The notes under the pieces were generated by a model, which ran no database searches, was not told the DNA's origin, and saw only the letters and a list, made by a program, of their open reading frames with translations. Of a stretch of DNA of 64,000 nt, positions 40,925 to 55,277 are shown piece after piece. Location: the NCBI GenBank assembly GCA_951406725.2, contig OX597818.1:98394001-98458000 (forward strand), given 5' to 3'. Each line of letters starts with the position of its first letter. Position 1 is the stretch's first letter. This DNA is from Octopus vulgaris (lineage: Eukaryota). A program made the translations under genes and the position numbers.

Positions 40925-41857
40925 ACAAACACATTAACACAAAATCTATTGTGAAAAAACATCTTTCCTTTTCTTGCTTCAGCAATATTTTATCAGCCAT
41001 CAATCGACTGAAATGGAAAACTAAACAAAGTTTAGTAGTCGAGGAGTGTAGTAGTTATGATTACAAGTTAGTTGCCAACTGGAATTTAATGCTGTTTCTA
41101 TTGTGAACTAAAATAAAAGCAAAATTTCCACGCTACTAAAAATTTCCGTCTGATGTGAAACAAGTCAGCGTCGAATCAGCAACGCCGAAAAGGTGGTGTT
41201 AAAACGGCTGTACCGAAACGTCTGATAGCCAATGACGGGACGTGACGTGTAATGGATGTTTCTCGTTACCTTTGAAAGAGACTGCATGGTTTTACCCCAT
41301 TGGAGGATGTTTTCAAGGTCCCAGGAGTCAGTGTGGACGTTTGGCGTGTGGTGCCTAGGTTGATGATGTTTGAGTGCGGAAGCTTAGTAAGGAGTAATTA
41401 GAGTATCATCCATGCAGGAGGTGACATTGTTGTGAGTGACGGCAAAGTAAACCGTAGATGTATGGTAGGAAAATTGGACGAAATAGATCTGAACTTCGGG
41501 GCACACCAGAGTTTAAAACGTGAGCGTCAGAGATAGCTCCATCGAATAGGCCGAGGTGCTACGATCTAGTAGGAAAACAATGAGGAAAGAAACTTGAGAC
41601 GGATGCTCCCCACCATGTGGGAGGATGGTAGTTTTATTTGAAAATGTAGGCGCCGACTTTGAAAGCACTGTTTTTCCTCAGATTTTTCAAAGGTTTCACT
41701 TTTGGTACTAGGCCAGCAATTATAGGGGGCTATCAACAAGTATTTGTTTTATCGAATTTCGAAAAGATGAAAAGTAAAGTCGACCTCGGTAGAACTCAGG
41801 ACATAAAGAGCCAGATGAAATGCCGCTAAGCATTTTTGTCATATGTGCCAGTGATTC

Positions 41858-42410
41858 TTATTTCTTTATTGCCCACAAGGGGCTAAACACAAAGGGGACA
41901 CACAAGGACAGACAAACGGATTCATCGACCCCGAAAGGATGAAAGGCAAAGTCGACCTCGGCGGAATTTGAACTCAGAACGTAAAGACAGGCGAAATATC
42001 TATTTCTTTACTACCCACAAGGGGCTAAGCACAGAGAGGACAGACAAGGACAGACAAGGACAGACAAACGGATTAAGCCGATTATATCGACCCCAGTGCG
42101 TAACTGGTACTTAAATTATCGACCCCGAAAGGATGAAAAGCAAAGTCGACCTCGGCGGAATTTGAACTCGGAACGTAACAACAGACAAAATACGGTTACG
42201 CATGTTGCCCGGCGTGCTAAGGTTTCTGCCAGCTCGCCACCTGGCCGTGAATCAATTATTCCAGAAACATCCTTACTATTTATGAAAAAAATAAAAGAGG
42301 GGACAAACAAGGACAGACAAACGGATTAAGTCGATTATATCGACCTCAGTGCGTAACTGGTACTTGATTTATCGACCCCGGAAGGATGAAAGGCAAAGTC
42401 GACCTCTTTT
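41858..42410 (-). mobile_element. SINE-B dimer (41858-42242) plus additional fragment
   Basis: Junction GGCGAAATATCTATTTCTTTACTACCCACAAG as in the other dimers. Confidence 0.88.
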
Positions 42411-42665
42411 TATTCTGCTTGATTCACTTTGAAGTAAATAAATATTGAAAGGCGCTTTGCTTTCAATATCGATTACAAAACTGAAAGCATGAAAGCTTGT
42501 CAGCACTTAGAGCTAACAAATTTGATCTTCACATTATTTATGTTAACTTCAGCTGTTGCACGGCATTTTCTGGGCAAAATAAAAAGAAGAAAAATACTAT
42601 CCATGTTATGCTCATATTGCTCTCACTCAAAATTGTCGAAGCATAAAATAAACTATAGGCATAAG

Positions 42666-43062
42666 AGTGGCTATGTGGCAAGTAGCTTGCTTACAAACCA
42701 CATGGTTCCGGGTTCAGTCCCACTGCGTGGCACCTTGGGCAAGTGTCTTCTATTATAGCCTCGGGCCGACCAAAGCCTTGTGAGTGGATTTGGTAGATGG
42801 AAACTGAAAGAAGCCCGTCGTATATATGTATATATGTCTGTGTGTGTGTGTGTTTGTGTGTCTGTGTTTGTCCCCCGCAACATCGCTTGACAACCGATGC
42901 TGGTGTGTTTACGTCCCTGTAACTTAGCGGTTCGGCATAAGAGATCGATAAAATAAGTACTAGGCTTTCAAGGAATAAGTCCTGGGGTCGATTTGCTCGA
43001 CTAAAGGTGATGCTCCACCATGGCCACAGTCACATGACTGAAACAAGTAAAAGAGTAAAGAG
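42666..43062 (+). mobile_element. SINE-A
   Basis: Family match. Confidence 0.92.
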
Positions 43063-43590
43063 TACCCACGGACATTGTTCGCAGTCAGGACAAGGCATCC
43101 TTCAAACATTTCATGCTTCTCGAAATTCGCCAACACTACTCTTGGCGTACCTACTCACCGTGCAAAATCGAAGACATGCAAAACAAGATACGCTTTTAAT
43201 GATGACATCAATAAGAATAACACAGGCAAAATTTAAGCAATGTTTTGTGGAAATTGCGATAATAAATACGTTAATCGTGTGCATATGTTTGTGCAAACAC
43301 GCACGCACTCCCCCACATACACACACACACACATACACATTATGGTTTCGTTTAAGCTCAGTAATACCAATATCAAGATGTTCTAACTCAATACACTTAT
43401 GTCAGACATGTTGACCAGAAGTGCTTGCGGTCTGCATATTTGAAGGGTCCTTAATATTGCCAAGTACAGTAGTCAGCACGAAACCGATGGTGACTTTCTG
43501 TTCTGCTATATATATACTGCTCGATGGTACACACACAGCGCGCGCGCGCGTATGTAATATATTCTTATCTCTCTCTCAGATATATATATG

Positions 43591-43662
<72 letters not shown>

Positions 43663-43711
43663 CTAATATGCAGACAAATTAAATATAACAGCTAGGGTTT
43701 GATATATATAA

Positions 43712-43767
<56 letters not shown>

Positions 43768-43799
43768 TCATAATTGCCTCAATATCTACTCAACTTGAT

Positions 43800-43929
43800 T
43801 CTTCTTGTAATCACTCATTACCCCGACGAATTGGTCCCTCGTAAAAACATCGGAGTCTCAGTTGGTTGGAATCATTTGAGCCCTAATAAGTGATTTTTAT
43901 ACCGAGAATCTCTGGACATCATCAGTTGA

Positions 43930-43932
<3 letters not shown>
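43800..43932 (+). repeat. Dispersed repeat ending at microsatellite, homolog at 13640-13748
   Basis: Shared GTAAA.ACATCGG.GT...TTTGAGC.CTA.TAA.TG.TTT...TCTCTGGA..CATC.GT..ACTA. Confidence 0.6.
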
Positions 43933-43977
<45 letters not shown>

Positions 43978-44054
43978 GTATATATATATATATATATATT
44001 CTTTTATTCTTTTATTTGTTTCAGTCATTTGACTGTGGCCATGCTGGAGCACCG

Positions 44055-44117
<63 letters not shown>

Positions 44118-44119
<2 letters not shown>

Positions 44120-44571
44120 GTTAATTCTCGAGTATAATCCGCATTTTTTCCAAAAATTTAAAGGTAAAAATCCCTAGTGCGTAAATATACGAGGTTAAAA
44201 GGGAAAAATGTTTTCTAATCAATGTCCGAGTCCCTATTTGCTGTCCGGCAATGTTTATTCAGACGCATTTTGTGATGTCGGGCGCGAAAATACCTTAAGC
44301 TAAGCCTGAAAGCAATGAAGTCATAAAAGAATCATCCATAACTTGCAATAAGCAACATTTATTAAACGTTTGCATTATGTTATACATACAATAATAATAA
44401 CGGACGTTACCGTATACAGTTTTACAAACCAAGGATGCTATATAGACCTCCTTGACTCAAGTTAGAGAAGGAGTGCGTATTATACAGAAGGTTTAGGTTT
44501 TTCAGAGAAACAGCCCCCTAAAAATCCACTGTGTATTATACTCAAGGTCGGACTATACTCGAGGATTTACG

Positions 44572-44572
<1 letters not shown>
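44118..44572. mobile_element. Tc2/pogo-type Tc1/mariner MITE inserted in (TA)n
   Basis: TIRs CCGTTAATTCTCGAGTATAATCCG and (rc) CCGTAAATCCTCGAGTATAGTCCG. Internal TATTATAC motif repeats. Confidence 0.85.
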
Positions 44573-44626
<54 letters not shown>

Positions 44627-45514
44627 GATTTTGCTTAGACACAGTGATACTGATAACTAGTTGTTCAAAATCAATATACACATGCTTTAGAATAAAACGT
44701 TAAGTGAGTACAGAGTGTATATATTGATTATTGAATGAAACGAGCTCGCAGAATCGTCAAGCAGGCAGGGCAAGATGCTTAGCGGACTTTTGTCCATCAT
44801 CACGTTCTGAGTTCATATTTAGTCAAGGCCGACGTTACCTTTCATCTTTTTGGGGCAGATAAAATAAGTACCTGTCGAGCCCTAGAGTTGGTGTAATCGA
44901 CTTCCGCTCTCCTCCAAATTGCTGGCCCTGTGCTTAAATTTGAAATCAATATTAATTATTGAATGACACGTCCCTAATCACACAAAGAGAGCACACAGGT
45001 GGAAAAGAAAGTGGAAAAACAGTACTCAAATACATAAGGTAGAGTAAAACACTGTTAATAAAACCGAAAAAATTTCACAAACTGTTACTCATATATGTAT
45101 GTTATGCGTATGTACTTATGTGTATGTATGTATGTATGAATTTGAACTCGGAACTTAAAGACAGGCGAAATACCACTAAGCATTTTAACCGGCGTGCTAA
45201 CGATCCTGCCAGCTCGCCATCACAACAACAACAACGATCATGATGATGTTGATGATGATGATGATTTCAAACTTTGGCACAAGACCAGCAAGTCAGGGGA
45301 AGGGAATGAATCGATTACGTCGACCCCAGTACACAACTGGCAATTATTTTATCGACCCCGAAAGAATGAAAGGAAAAAATCTACCTCGGCGGAATTCGAA
45401 CTCAGAACGTAAAGCCGGACGTCCCTCCGCTATATACGCTGTATCTTTTAACACAGCAAGTCCCTAAGAAATGATATCTCCAGACGAATAACAACGTGAT
45501 TATATTAAGTAAAA

Positions 45515-45991
45515 AGGCGACGAGCTGGCAGAAACGTTAGCACGCTGGGCGAAATGCGTAGCCGTATTTCGTCTGCCGTTACGTTCTGAGTTCAAATTCC
45601 GCCGAGGCCGACTTTGCCGTTCATCCTTCCGGGGTCGATAAATCAAGTACCAGTTACGCACTGAGGTCGATATAATCGACTTAATCCGTTTGTCTGTCCT
45701 TGTTTGTCTCCTCTGTGTTTAGCCCCTTGTGAGTAGCAAAGAAATATATATTAAGTAAAAGGTGGCGAGCTGGCAGAAACGTTAGCACGCCGGACGAAAT
45801 GCTCGGCAGTATTTCGTCTGTCGCTACGTTCTGAGTTCAAATTCCGCCGAGGTCGACTTTGCCTTTCATCCTTTCGGGGTCAATAAATAAAGTACCAGTT
45901 ACGCACTGGGGTCGATGTAGTTGACTTAATCCCTTTGTCTGTCTTTGTTTCTCCCCTCTATGTTTAGCCCCTTGTGGGCAATAAAGAAATA
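45515..45991 (+). mobile_element. Two full-length SINE-B copies head-to-tail with triplicated target site
   Basis: ATATTAAGTAAAA at 45502-45514, 45748-45760 and 45993-46005. Confidence 0.92.
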
Positions 45992-46596
45992 CATATTAAG
46001 TAAAATACATAGATGGATAGTAAGATACAGCTTTTAATGCTGGTTTCAATTTTTTGTTTCTTTTCACGTAGCAAACTGTAGGTCGATAGTTCCCACACGA
46101 CGTCAGGTTTCCGCCCTACGCTGTATCTATATAAAGACCACCACACCTTCACGATTCTCCTTACAGTCCCGCTGGGGGATGGGGGAATATACCACGTGAC
46201 CATAAACTTATAAGAACATGTGACTCCCATAAACACAATGTACCCAGTGATAGTGTGTGTGTGTGTGTGTGTGTGTGTAGATGTGTGTATGTATATACGC
46301 ACTTGAATATATAACCATACATCGTAGCAGATACAACGCCCTCTGGTGTGATTTTAGTAAATAAAATCTGGAAGAAGCCCGTTGTCTGTGTATATGTGTG
46401 TGTGTGGAGGTGGGTGGGTGTTTGTGCTGTTTGTTCCCCACCACTACTTGACAACCAGTGTTGCTTTGTTTACGGTCCCATTATATATCGGTTGGGCAAT
46501 GGTAGTCGATAGAAGAAGTACTGGACTTAAAAAGTATGAATTGGGGCTGATTTGCTCCATTAAACCCTTCAAGGCGGGGCTCAAAACTCCACACAC

Positions 46597-46638
<42 letters not shown>

Positions 46639-46828
46639 GCACGCACACATACACGAATATGCATAAGTAGCTTTTTTCCTAATTGCTCTTTTACGTGCTT
46701 CAGTCACTGGACTGCGGCCATGCTGCAGCACTACCTTGAAAGGCTTCGTAAATCGACCCCAGAACTTATTTCAAAGTCACACGTTTCTATATTTATAAAA
46801 GCACGGTATACATTATTGGCTTAAATAT

Positions 46829-46988
46829 CAGGGGCGGACCCAAGATGTGGAGGGGGAGGCCAAGGCGCCCGTGCCCCTCTTCAAGAAAAGAAGTGCGCCC
46901 TTCTAAATAATGTCATAAAGCCCTTTTCTCCTGGAATTCCCTTCTGACCTTGTGCCCTTCCTTCGAAAAATCCCTGGGATCAGCCCTG
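46829..46988. mobile_element. hAT-like MITE (160 bp)
   Basis: Ends CAGGGGCGGACCCA / TGGGATCAGCCCTG with GTGCCC subterminal motifs. No clear TSD. Confidence 0.55.
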
Positions 46989-47227
46989 AATCTGATCCGC
47001 CCCAGCCCCTCTCCCACTATTTTTTGGGGTTCTCCCGTTATTCGGTTTTGCATAGAAATTAGCTTCCATTGCAACTATGAAATATTTAACAGTATAATTA
47101 CTACGCACACTCACATGTGCGTGCGCGCATCTGGTATATTGTTTGCGTATATGTATGTTACAGTCTATCGTTATCAATCTACCTATCTGTTTCACCACAC
47201 ACACACACACACACACAAAACGATAAA

Positions 47228-47531
47228 CGTCGCCCTTATCAAGCCTAGCCAGGCTCATGGGCCCGGTTTCCCAGTTTCTGTGGCGTATTTGATCCCCCCA
47301 GCTGGACGGGACGCCAGTCCATCGCAGAGTTGCTCAAGAAACGGGAAGATAGAGCGAGAGAAAGTTGTGGCGAAACAGTACAACAGGGGTCGCCACCACA
47401 CCCTGCCGGAGCATCGTGGAGCTTTTAGGTGTTTTCGCTCAATAAACACACACAACGCCCGGTCTGGGAATCGAAACCGCGATCCTCCGACCGCGAGTCC
47501 GTTACCCTAACCACTGGGCCATTGTGCCTCC
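47228..47531 (-). mobile_element. SINE, D-type head with C-type tail
   Basis: Head matches 37623, tail CCCATGAGCCTGGCTAGGCTT matches 6870-6891. Confidence 0.85.
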
Positions 47532-47616
47532 ACACACACACACACACACACACATAATCGCTAATAAATACAAATACCCAAAGACATACACATGTAATGG
47601 AATGCATTACATATAT

Positions 47617-47800
47617 TCTCTTATTTGTTTCAATCATTTGACTGCGACCATGCTGGAGCACCGCCTTTAGTCGAACAAAACGACCCCAGGACTTATTCTT
47701 TGTAAGTCTAGTACTTATTCTATCGGTTCTCTTTTTGCCGAACCGCTAAGTTACGGGGACGTAAACACACCAACATTGGTTGTCAAGCGATGGCTGTGTG

Positions 47801-47840
<40 letters not shown>

Positions 47841-48003
47841 CGGACTTCTTTCAGTTTCCGTCTACCAAATCCACTCACAAGGCTTTGGTCGGCCCGAGGC
47901 TATAGTAGAAGACACTTGCCCAAAGTGTCACGCAGTGGGACCGAACCCGGAACCATGTGGTTGGTAAGCAAGCTACTTACCACACAGTTACACCTGCGCC
48001 TGC
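47617..48003 (-). mobile_element. SINE-A, full length
   Basis: Family match. Confidence 0.92.
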
Positions 48004-48270
48004 GTAATATTTATACACTCTCTCTCTCTCAATATGTATGTATAAAGGCGGCGAGCTGGCAGAATCGTTAGAACGCTGGGCAAAATGATTAGCAGTATTT
48101 TGTCTGTCTTTATGAAACTAAGATCAAATTCCGCCAAGGTTGACTTTGCTTTTCATCCTCTCGGAGTCGATAAAATAAGTAACAGTTGAGCACTGGGGTC
48201 CAATGTAATCAGCTTGCTCCTCCCCTGAAATTGGTGGCCTTATACCAAAATTCTCTCTCTCTCTCTCTAT

Positions 48271-48685
48271 CTTATTTCTTTATTGCCCACAAAGGGCTAA
48301 ACATAGAGGGGACAAACAAGGACAAAGGGATTAAGTCGATTATATCGACCCCAGTGCGTAACTGGTACTTATTTAATCGACCCTGAAAGGATGAAGGGCA
48401 AAGTCGACCTCGGAGGAATTTGAAGTCAGAACGTAAAGACAGACGAAATACCTATTTCTTCACTACCCACAAGGTGCTAAACATAGAAGGGACAAACAAG
48501 GACAGACAAACGGATTAAGTCGATTATATCGACCCCAGTGCGTAACTGGTGCTTGTTTAATCGACCCCGAAAGGATGAAAGGCAAAGTCGACCTCGGCGG
48601 AATTTGAACTCAGAGCGCAGCGGCGGACGAAATACCGCAAAGCATTTCGCCCGGCGTGCTAACGTTTCTGCCAGCTCGCCACCTT
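48271..48685 (-). mobile_element. SINE-B dimer
   Basis: Junction GACGAAATACCTATTTCTTCACTACCCACAAG. Confidence 0.9.
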
Positions 48686-49204
48686 ATACGTCTATCTAGC
48701 ATCATGGACATACGCAGGGACAGACAGATAGACAGTCAGACACATTTTAAGAAAGAAATATGATTTGGGGAACAGAGCGAGAGAAAAAAAAAGGCAGAAG
48801 AAAGAGAGAAATTGAAGTGTTAGAAAGAAACGAATAGAGAAAAAAAAATTGGGTAGAAACAAACAACATTGAAATAAAATAATAAAAATACAAGCGTCAG
48901 TGGAAAGTTCACGCTAACAATACTTTAAGTAGAGAAAGAGGGAATATACAGACACATGTTGCAGGGAAGTGTAAAGATGTATATATATAGAGAGAGATGA
49001 TTGTATGCGTGTGTGTTAGAAAGAGAAATAGTAGGGAGAGAAAAAGAGTGGGAGAAGGGGGCAAGACAGATAAAGAAAGAGAAGAAAAGAGAGAGGGTGT
49101 GTGTGTAAGAGAGAGAGAGAGAGGAAAGCGGGCTGAGTTTGAGAGTCGGAAATATTTGACACGGCATAGGAAAAGGGAGGTAAGAGAAAGAAAACTAAAT
49201 AAAG

Positions 49205-49263
<59 letters not shown>

Positions 49264-49546
49264 GGACACAAGGATAAATAAATACATAGATAGATGGATA
49301 GATAGATGAATAGATAGAGAAATATTCAGATACATGGATAACTTGATGGAGAGCTATATAGATAGGCACAAAGATGAATAAATACATGGATGGATGGATG
49401 GATGGATGGATAGATAGATAGATAGATACATGGATAACTTGATGGAGAGCTATATCGATAGATAGGCACAAATATAGATATATGAATAAATAACTAGATG
49501 GAGAGAGACGAATGAATAGATGGATACACAGGCGGACAGCTGAATG

Positions 49547-49621
<75 letters not shown>

Positions 49622-49828
49622 GGGGGAAATAGAGCGGTTATGGATATGGCGTGAAAAGCGGAGAAAGGAAGGGGTTAGTTTTGGAAAGTTTAAAACATTT
49701 TAAAGTTATGGAGAAAAGAAAATGCAATTGAGAGAGAGAGAGAGGGAGACCAGAAGAGAATGAATAACCAGACCCCTATTTAGATAGATACAGAATAAAT
49801 GAGTGGGTAATTATAGAAAAACTATACG

Positions 49829-49873
<45 letters not shown>

Positions 49874-50319
49874 GGCAAAAAGTGACGGGGAAAAATAAGA
49901 GAGAATGAGAGAAAAAGCGGAAACGCAAATGCAGAGGGAAAAACTACTTTTTCAAATGCGAGGACGGATAGACAGAAGATTAAAATGACGAGAGAATGAA
50001 TTGATTACAGCTATTTAAGAAAAGAGAGAGAGAAAGAAGGGGAGAGAGTCTGTGTGTGTGTGTGTGCGTATGTGATGAACTATTTAAAAGAAAGACGGAG
50101 TAATACGTAAAGAGAAATGAGGGAGAGTAAAAGGGGAATAATTAATAAAAGAAGAAAGTTTAAGACCGAGGGAGCGGGAGAGAAATAAAGAAACAGACAG
50201 AGAGTGAACAAGGGAGAGTGGGAAGAGTGGGTGAATAAGTAAAGAGTGAGAGAGAGAGAGAGAGGTAAAAGAAACATGAGTAGCGTGAGGGTGTAATTAC
50301 CATAACATATGATATAATT

Positions 50320-50668
50320 CACTCCACCTTCAGATGACGTCTCGTCAAGCGATTGGTCGGCCTACGCAAACATTTCCAAATAAGGCTTGAATTACTGAAT
50401 GGGCTTCGAGAAAATAACTATGTGCAACGCTACGAGGTTTTCATCAAAAAGTGTTGTGTAGTCGTTCGTTTATACAACGAAGCTGGAAACACCTTATCCG
50501 TCAAGAGTCCTCTCGCGTTCTATGTTTTTCTTTCATTGCCATTCTTGGTCTACCTTATAGAGAATTTATCAAACTGAAACCCTGTCCAAATGACTCTTGA
50601 CTATCACATAAGCGATTTTAGAACTGATGTGGATAAAAGCATCTACGATCAAACACGAGAAGGTAAGT
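50320..50668 (+). promoter_or_regulatory. Candidate promoter plus first exon
   Basis: Non-repetitive, CpG-retaining stretch. CRE-like ATGACGTC (50334-50341), reverse CCAAT (GATTGG 50351), strong donor AAG|GTAAGT at 50662/50663, short open frame from ATG 50590. Confidence 0.35.
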
Positions 50669-50873
50669 TGAGTTACTTTTTTTTTTTTCTAAGCCATTCA
50701 GTTTTTTAGGCCCGAGACGCAACTTAACGAATGTTATCGTTCATCTCACTGTGTATATATATTTTCGATGACCAATTATATACACGTTTTACGCGCGTAC
50801 AATATATTTACATTAACTTTATTTTAGACAAACACAAAATTATCTGCGCGCGCGTGTGTATATATATATATAC

Positions 50874-50932
<59 letters not shown>

Positions 50933-51286
50933 TATACAAATGTATATATATATATATATATACATATGTATATATATTATATATATATATATATATATTA
51001 TGTATATTTATACATATATAAATATGTATATATATATACATATATATATATATATGTATGTATATTTATACATATATAAATATGTATATATATGTATGTA
51101 TATTTATACATATATAAATATGTATATATATGTATATATATATTTATACATATATAAATATGTATGTATATTAAACTTTTAATACTTTTGATATATATTT
51201 AAAATAATATAAATTAAATTAATTTTATGTATTGGCTTATGTTTTTCATTGTTTGATTTGCCTATTAGTGGTTTTATCTCTAATTT

Positions 51287-51337
<51 letters not shown>

Positions 51338-51466
51338 TATATACACATATATATGTATTCTCACTATATATAGTAAGTGTATGTATTATAGTGTATAAGC
51401 ATAAAATGTATGTATATGTATTGCAACACACACATCTGTGTGTGTGTACATATAGATATATAAATA

Positions 51467-51502
<36 letters not shown>

Positions 51503-54350
51503 ATGTATGTATGTATGTATGTATATGTGTGCGTGCATGTAGATTTCTCTATGTTAGTATATGTATGTGTGTGTTTACGCACGTTCGCGCATTATTTACT
51601 TACGTGTAAATGCCGATATATTTCCTTCCTCCATCGTTCCTTTTCCTGTTTCGCATTTTGATATACGTTTGATAAACAATATTACATTTTGTAAAACACA
51701 TAATCGCACTGTATAAACATATATTCCTATACTCGCTTTTTACGTGCACACAAACACACACATACTACCTGAACTGTATGTATATATTGTGTTTGTTTTG
51801 GAAACAATCTACTGTACATTGTACGTGATTTTTATATCACATACGTAGGACAAGAGTATGAATGTGGGGAGTGGAATGTTTCTAACGAAAGGTCATTGAG
51901 TACTGTCCTTCCTGGTTCTCCTATAATTAATTAATAAGTTAATTTCCAGTCTTAAAACTTCGTTCCTCTTTTCTCTTTGTTGATAACTCACCAGGTGTCT
52001 GTCTATAAAATAATTGGAGAAGTTTTCGGATCAGGACGCCCACATGGGACGTTTTTCTCTCTTTTGACAGCGACTTATCCCCTTTTATTTTTATAATTTG
52101 TAATTTTCACCTCGGCCTTCGAAATGATTAGAGAAAGCTTTTCATGAAAAGGAAAAATGTTGGAAAAATAAATGATTTTTTTTTCACCTCCGGACTGATT
52201 TTGGCCAATTATTTTTGCACTACGCTCAGGAAGACCATGGAAGAAACCATTTCGGTAAAAAATAAATAAACGAATATTTTTGAAAATATTTTCAGACGTA
52301 AAGGTGTGTAATTTAAGAGAGATTTAACTGCTGTCTCTAGCACATCTCACGATCACGTTCCTCGTGTCTTTGTCACTCTGACATAATTTGATGTTTTTCA
52401 ATATTTTTCTCCTACAAAACACATTTTATGATATGGTAGGGAAGTAATATATGGGCGGTCCCTGGTTGGGATTTTAACAACCATAAAACGAAAAAGATAT
52501 TTTGAGAAAATCCAACATATGTGAGCGCCCTGATTCGAAATTCCGCCAAAATATCAGCAGTTGTCATAAACTGCGTTGTTTATGTAGACGACCGGTCAAC
52601 TGATCGGACAAGGACGAGTGTATTTAGGATTAGATTGGGATTTATCTACCTCTTCTTCCACTCCACATTTTTTTTGTTTTATCTGTTTATCGCTGTTCAC
52701 GACAGTGGGGTGTCTGTGCGTCTTTTTGATCTTGGGGCGACTCCCATCAAAGTAAAAGTGCATTTTGCAGTGTTATTTAATGGTCGTTGTATTTGCGAAT
52801 CATCGAGTTCCAACTCACTGTCTGGCCTCTTGACCAAATGCCATCTACCCGTAACTTCTGGTCGACCGAAGCCTTGGAAATGAAACTGTGCGGAAGACCG
52901 TTGCATGGCCTTTAACCGACTATAGTTCAATGATCCCGACTTGTTATATACACACAAACACATAAACAATGTGTTATACTGATGGATTCACGTGTCTGTG
53001 GAATACTCGGCCACATAACACGTTTAGACGAAAGGATACCTCAGATGGTCAGAGCATAAATTTAAACTACTCATCTACGAAGCCGATGAAGATCTATTCA
53101 TTCAGAAATGACAAACGGATTCTTAAATATCTTTAAATAATTGTTTAAACCCTGCGCATCAACAAGTCCTTCGGGTAGTTTCATATCCTTAATACACATC
53201 ATTGATAAAATCGAAATGCGATGAAGAAAAACCAACATTTATTTATTTTTTTTTTTTACCCGAAAAGAAAATTGTTACATGTTTCGCTTTCTTTTTAACC
53301 TAGGAAAAAAGAAAACATTCACTTTTACTTTCATGATAAAAACTTTCAGGAAGAAACACCGAGTCTGATTGGAAGATTTATTTATTGATCGAAAGGTGAC
53401 GTCGACCTCGAAGGAATTGGAACTCATTAATAAAATAATAATAATAATAATAATAATAATAAGTGTATATAGGTCCCAATATGACAGAGTTGGGACCTAC
53501 ATATACTTATTATTATCCTTATTATCACTGAGTTCCAATTCCATTGAGGTTAACGTCACCTTTCATGCTTTCGAAGCTGATGAATTAAGGACAAGTTGAG
53601 TACTGGGATCGATGTACTCGACTTGGATCTCGACTTACTCCAAAATTTCAAGCTCTGTACCAATAGTAGAAAGGATTATTATATTAAGGTGGCGAGCCTT
53701 AATTGTTGTTACTGCGCCGAACAAAATGCTTGTAATCGACTTAACCCTCCCAACACCCACCCCAAATTCAATTGTTATTTGCAAAATCGTAATCTCAAGT
53801 TTTGGAAATAGAAATCCAAAAATTTGTGCTCCTTTAAAAAAAAGCAGCTTGACTCTATTCGACACAGCCTTTTCGATATTGCAGAACACAAGTGTCAATA
53901 TTTCCAGAAACCGAAAGAATGCCCTCAAATGCTCCGACGATGGTTGGACACACACACTGGAGTAAATTCAACAGATTGAATTCTCCGTTAAAAAACCGTC
54001 AACATCTATCGCTGAAAGCTCTTGTTTAGCTCTTAAAATCAGCCCTGTTGAAACAGACAAATGTTGCTTTTTCTAGCTGGTCGAATGACTGACTAAGTAA
54101 GGATTTCCTCGATGAGACACATGTGATAGAGAGAGACACGTAAAAGTATTATTTTACGGTCATAACATTTGCGTGTGTGGCTATTTACTGGGAAAAAATG
54201 TTTAAGATTATCAGTTGTTACGACTTTTACGCTTGAAATCTTTTTGGAGGGAGTTACGATTTCTTTAATTCTGATTGCTCCTGTTTTATACACACATACA
54301 AACACACACAAACACCCACATAGATATGCATGTACGTTTCTTTCTATCTG

Positions 54351-54426
<76 letters not shown>

Positions 54427-54743
54427 CCTGTCTATATGCGTGTGTGTAATCAAATCAACCTGTAGCTAAGCGTTCGTTTTTCTAATTCTAAAACTGAATT
54501 TTTATTCTCATTTTCCATACACACACAGACACTTACACACACACAATTTCTACAACAATAGTATTAACCATGTGTGTTTATTGTGAGGTACAGCTTGTCT
54601 ACGTGTTCTGGTATGCGTGACTGATGTCGTCACAGCCCGTGACAGTATTATTACTCCCTACAACCTCTTACTCTTCCCCTTGTTTATACAATATATAGTA
54701 TTTATTTATAACCAAACTAAACGTCGTGTGTGTGTGACACGAC

Positions 54744-54820
<77 letters not shown>

Positions 54821-55230
54821 ATGCGGGTGAGGACACGGAACCATCGCTGAATTTAATTTGATAGAAAGAATTCATAAACAAGGGCGTTAGCTGAATGGAA
54901 CGATCTCGTCAAAGACACGGTTTCGATCGCTTTTGGGATAAATTTCATTTCACTTTCAGAGAAATCACAAACTTCACAATTTTGCCCAACCCCACCCGCA
55001 CCCCCACCCGCGCCCGCTCACTTTAGAGATCAGATCCCTTACACACTAGTAAAAGCTCGTCTCCCTGTTTCTGGTCGGTCCCCTTTATAGGTGGATACGT
55101 TTGAAACTCTCTGCTGGGGTTAGTTAGGGTTATATAAAAGTATTTTATACCGTAAAACTCCCGTTACGGTTCCCCCTCCCCCCACATCGCCGCCTGCTCA
55201 ATTACAACAACAATAACTACAACAACAATA

Positions 55231-55277
<47 letters not shown>

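Noticed and set aside
53885-53961. Putative exon EHKCQYFQKPKECPQMLRRWLDTHTG with C2H2-like spacing
   Set aside because: Two of four zinc ligands and the Phe are missing and would need several substitutions. The donor is weak and there is a single unit, so it is probably chance.
54719-54747. 11-bp-stem hairpin AAACGTCGTGT/ACACGACGTTT as a terminator
   Set aside because: Eukaryotic context, single occurrence, no supporting element.
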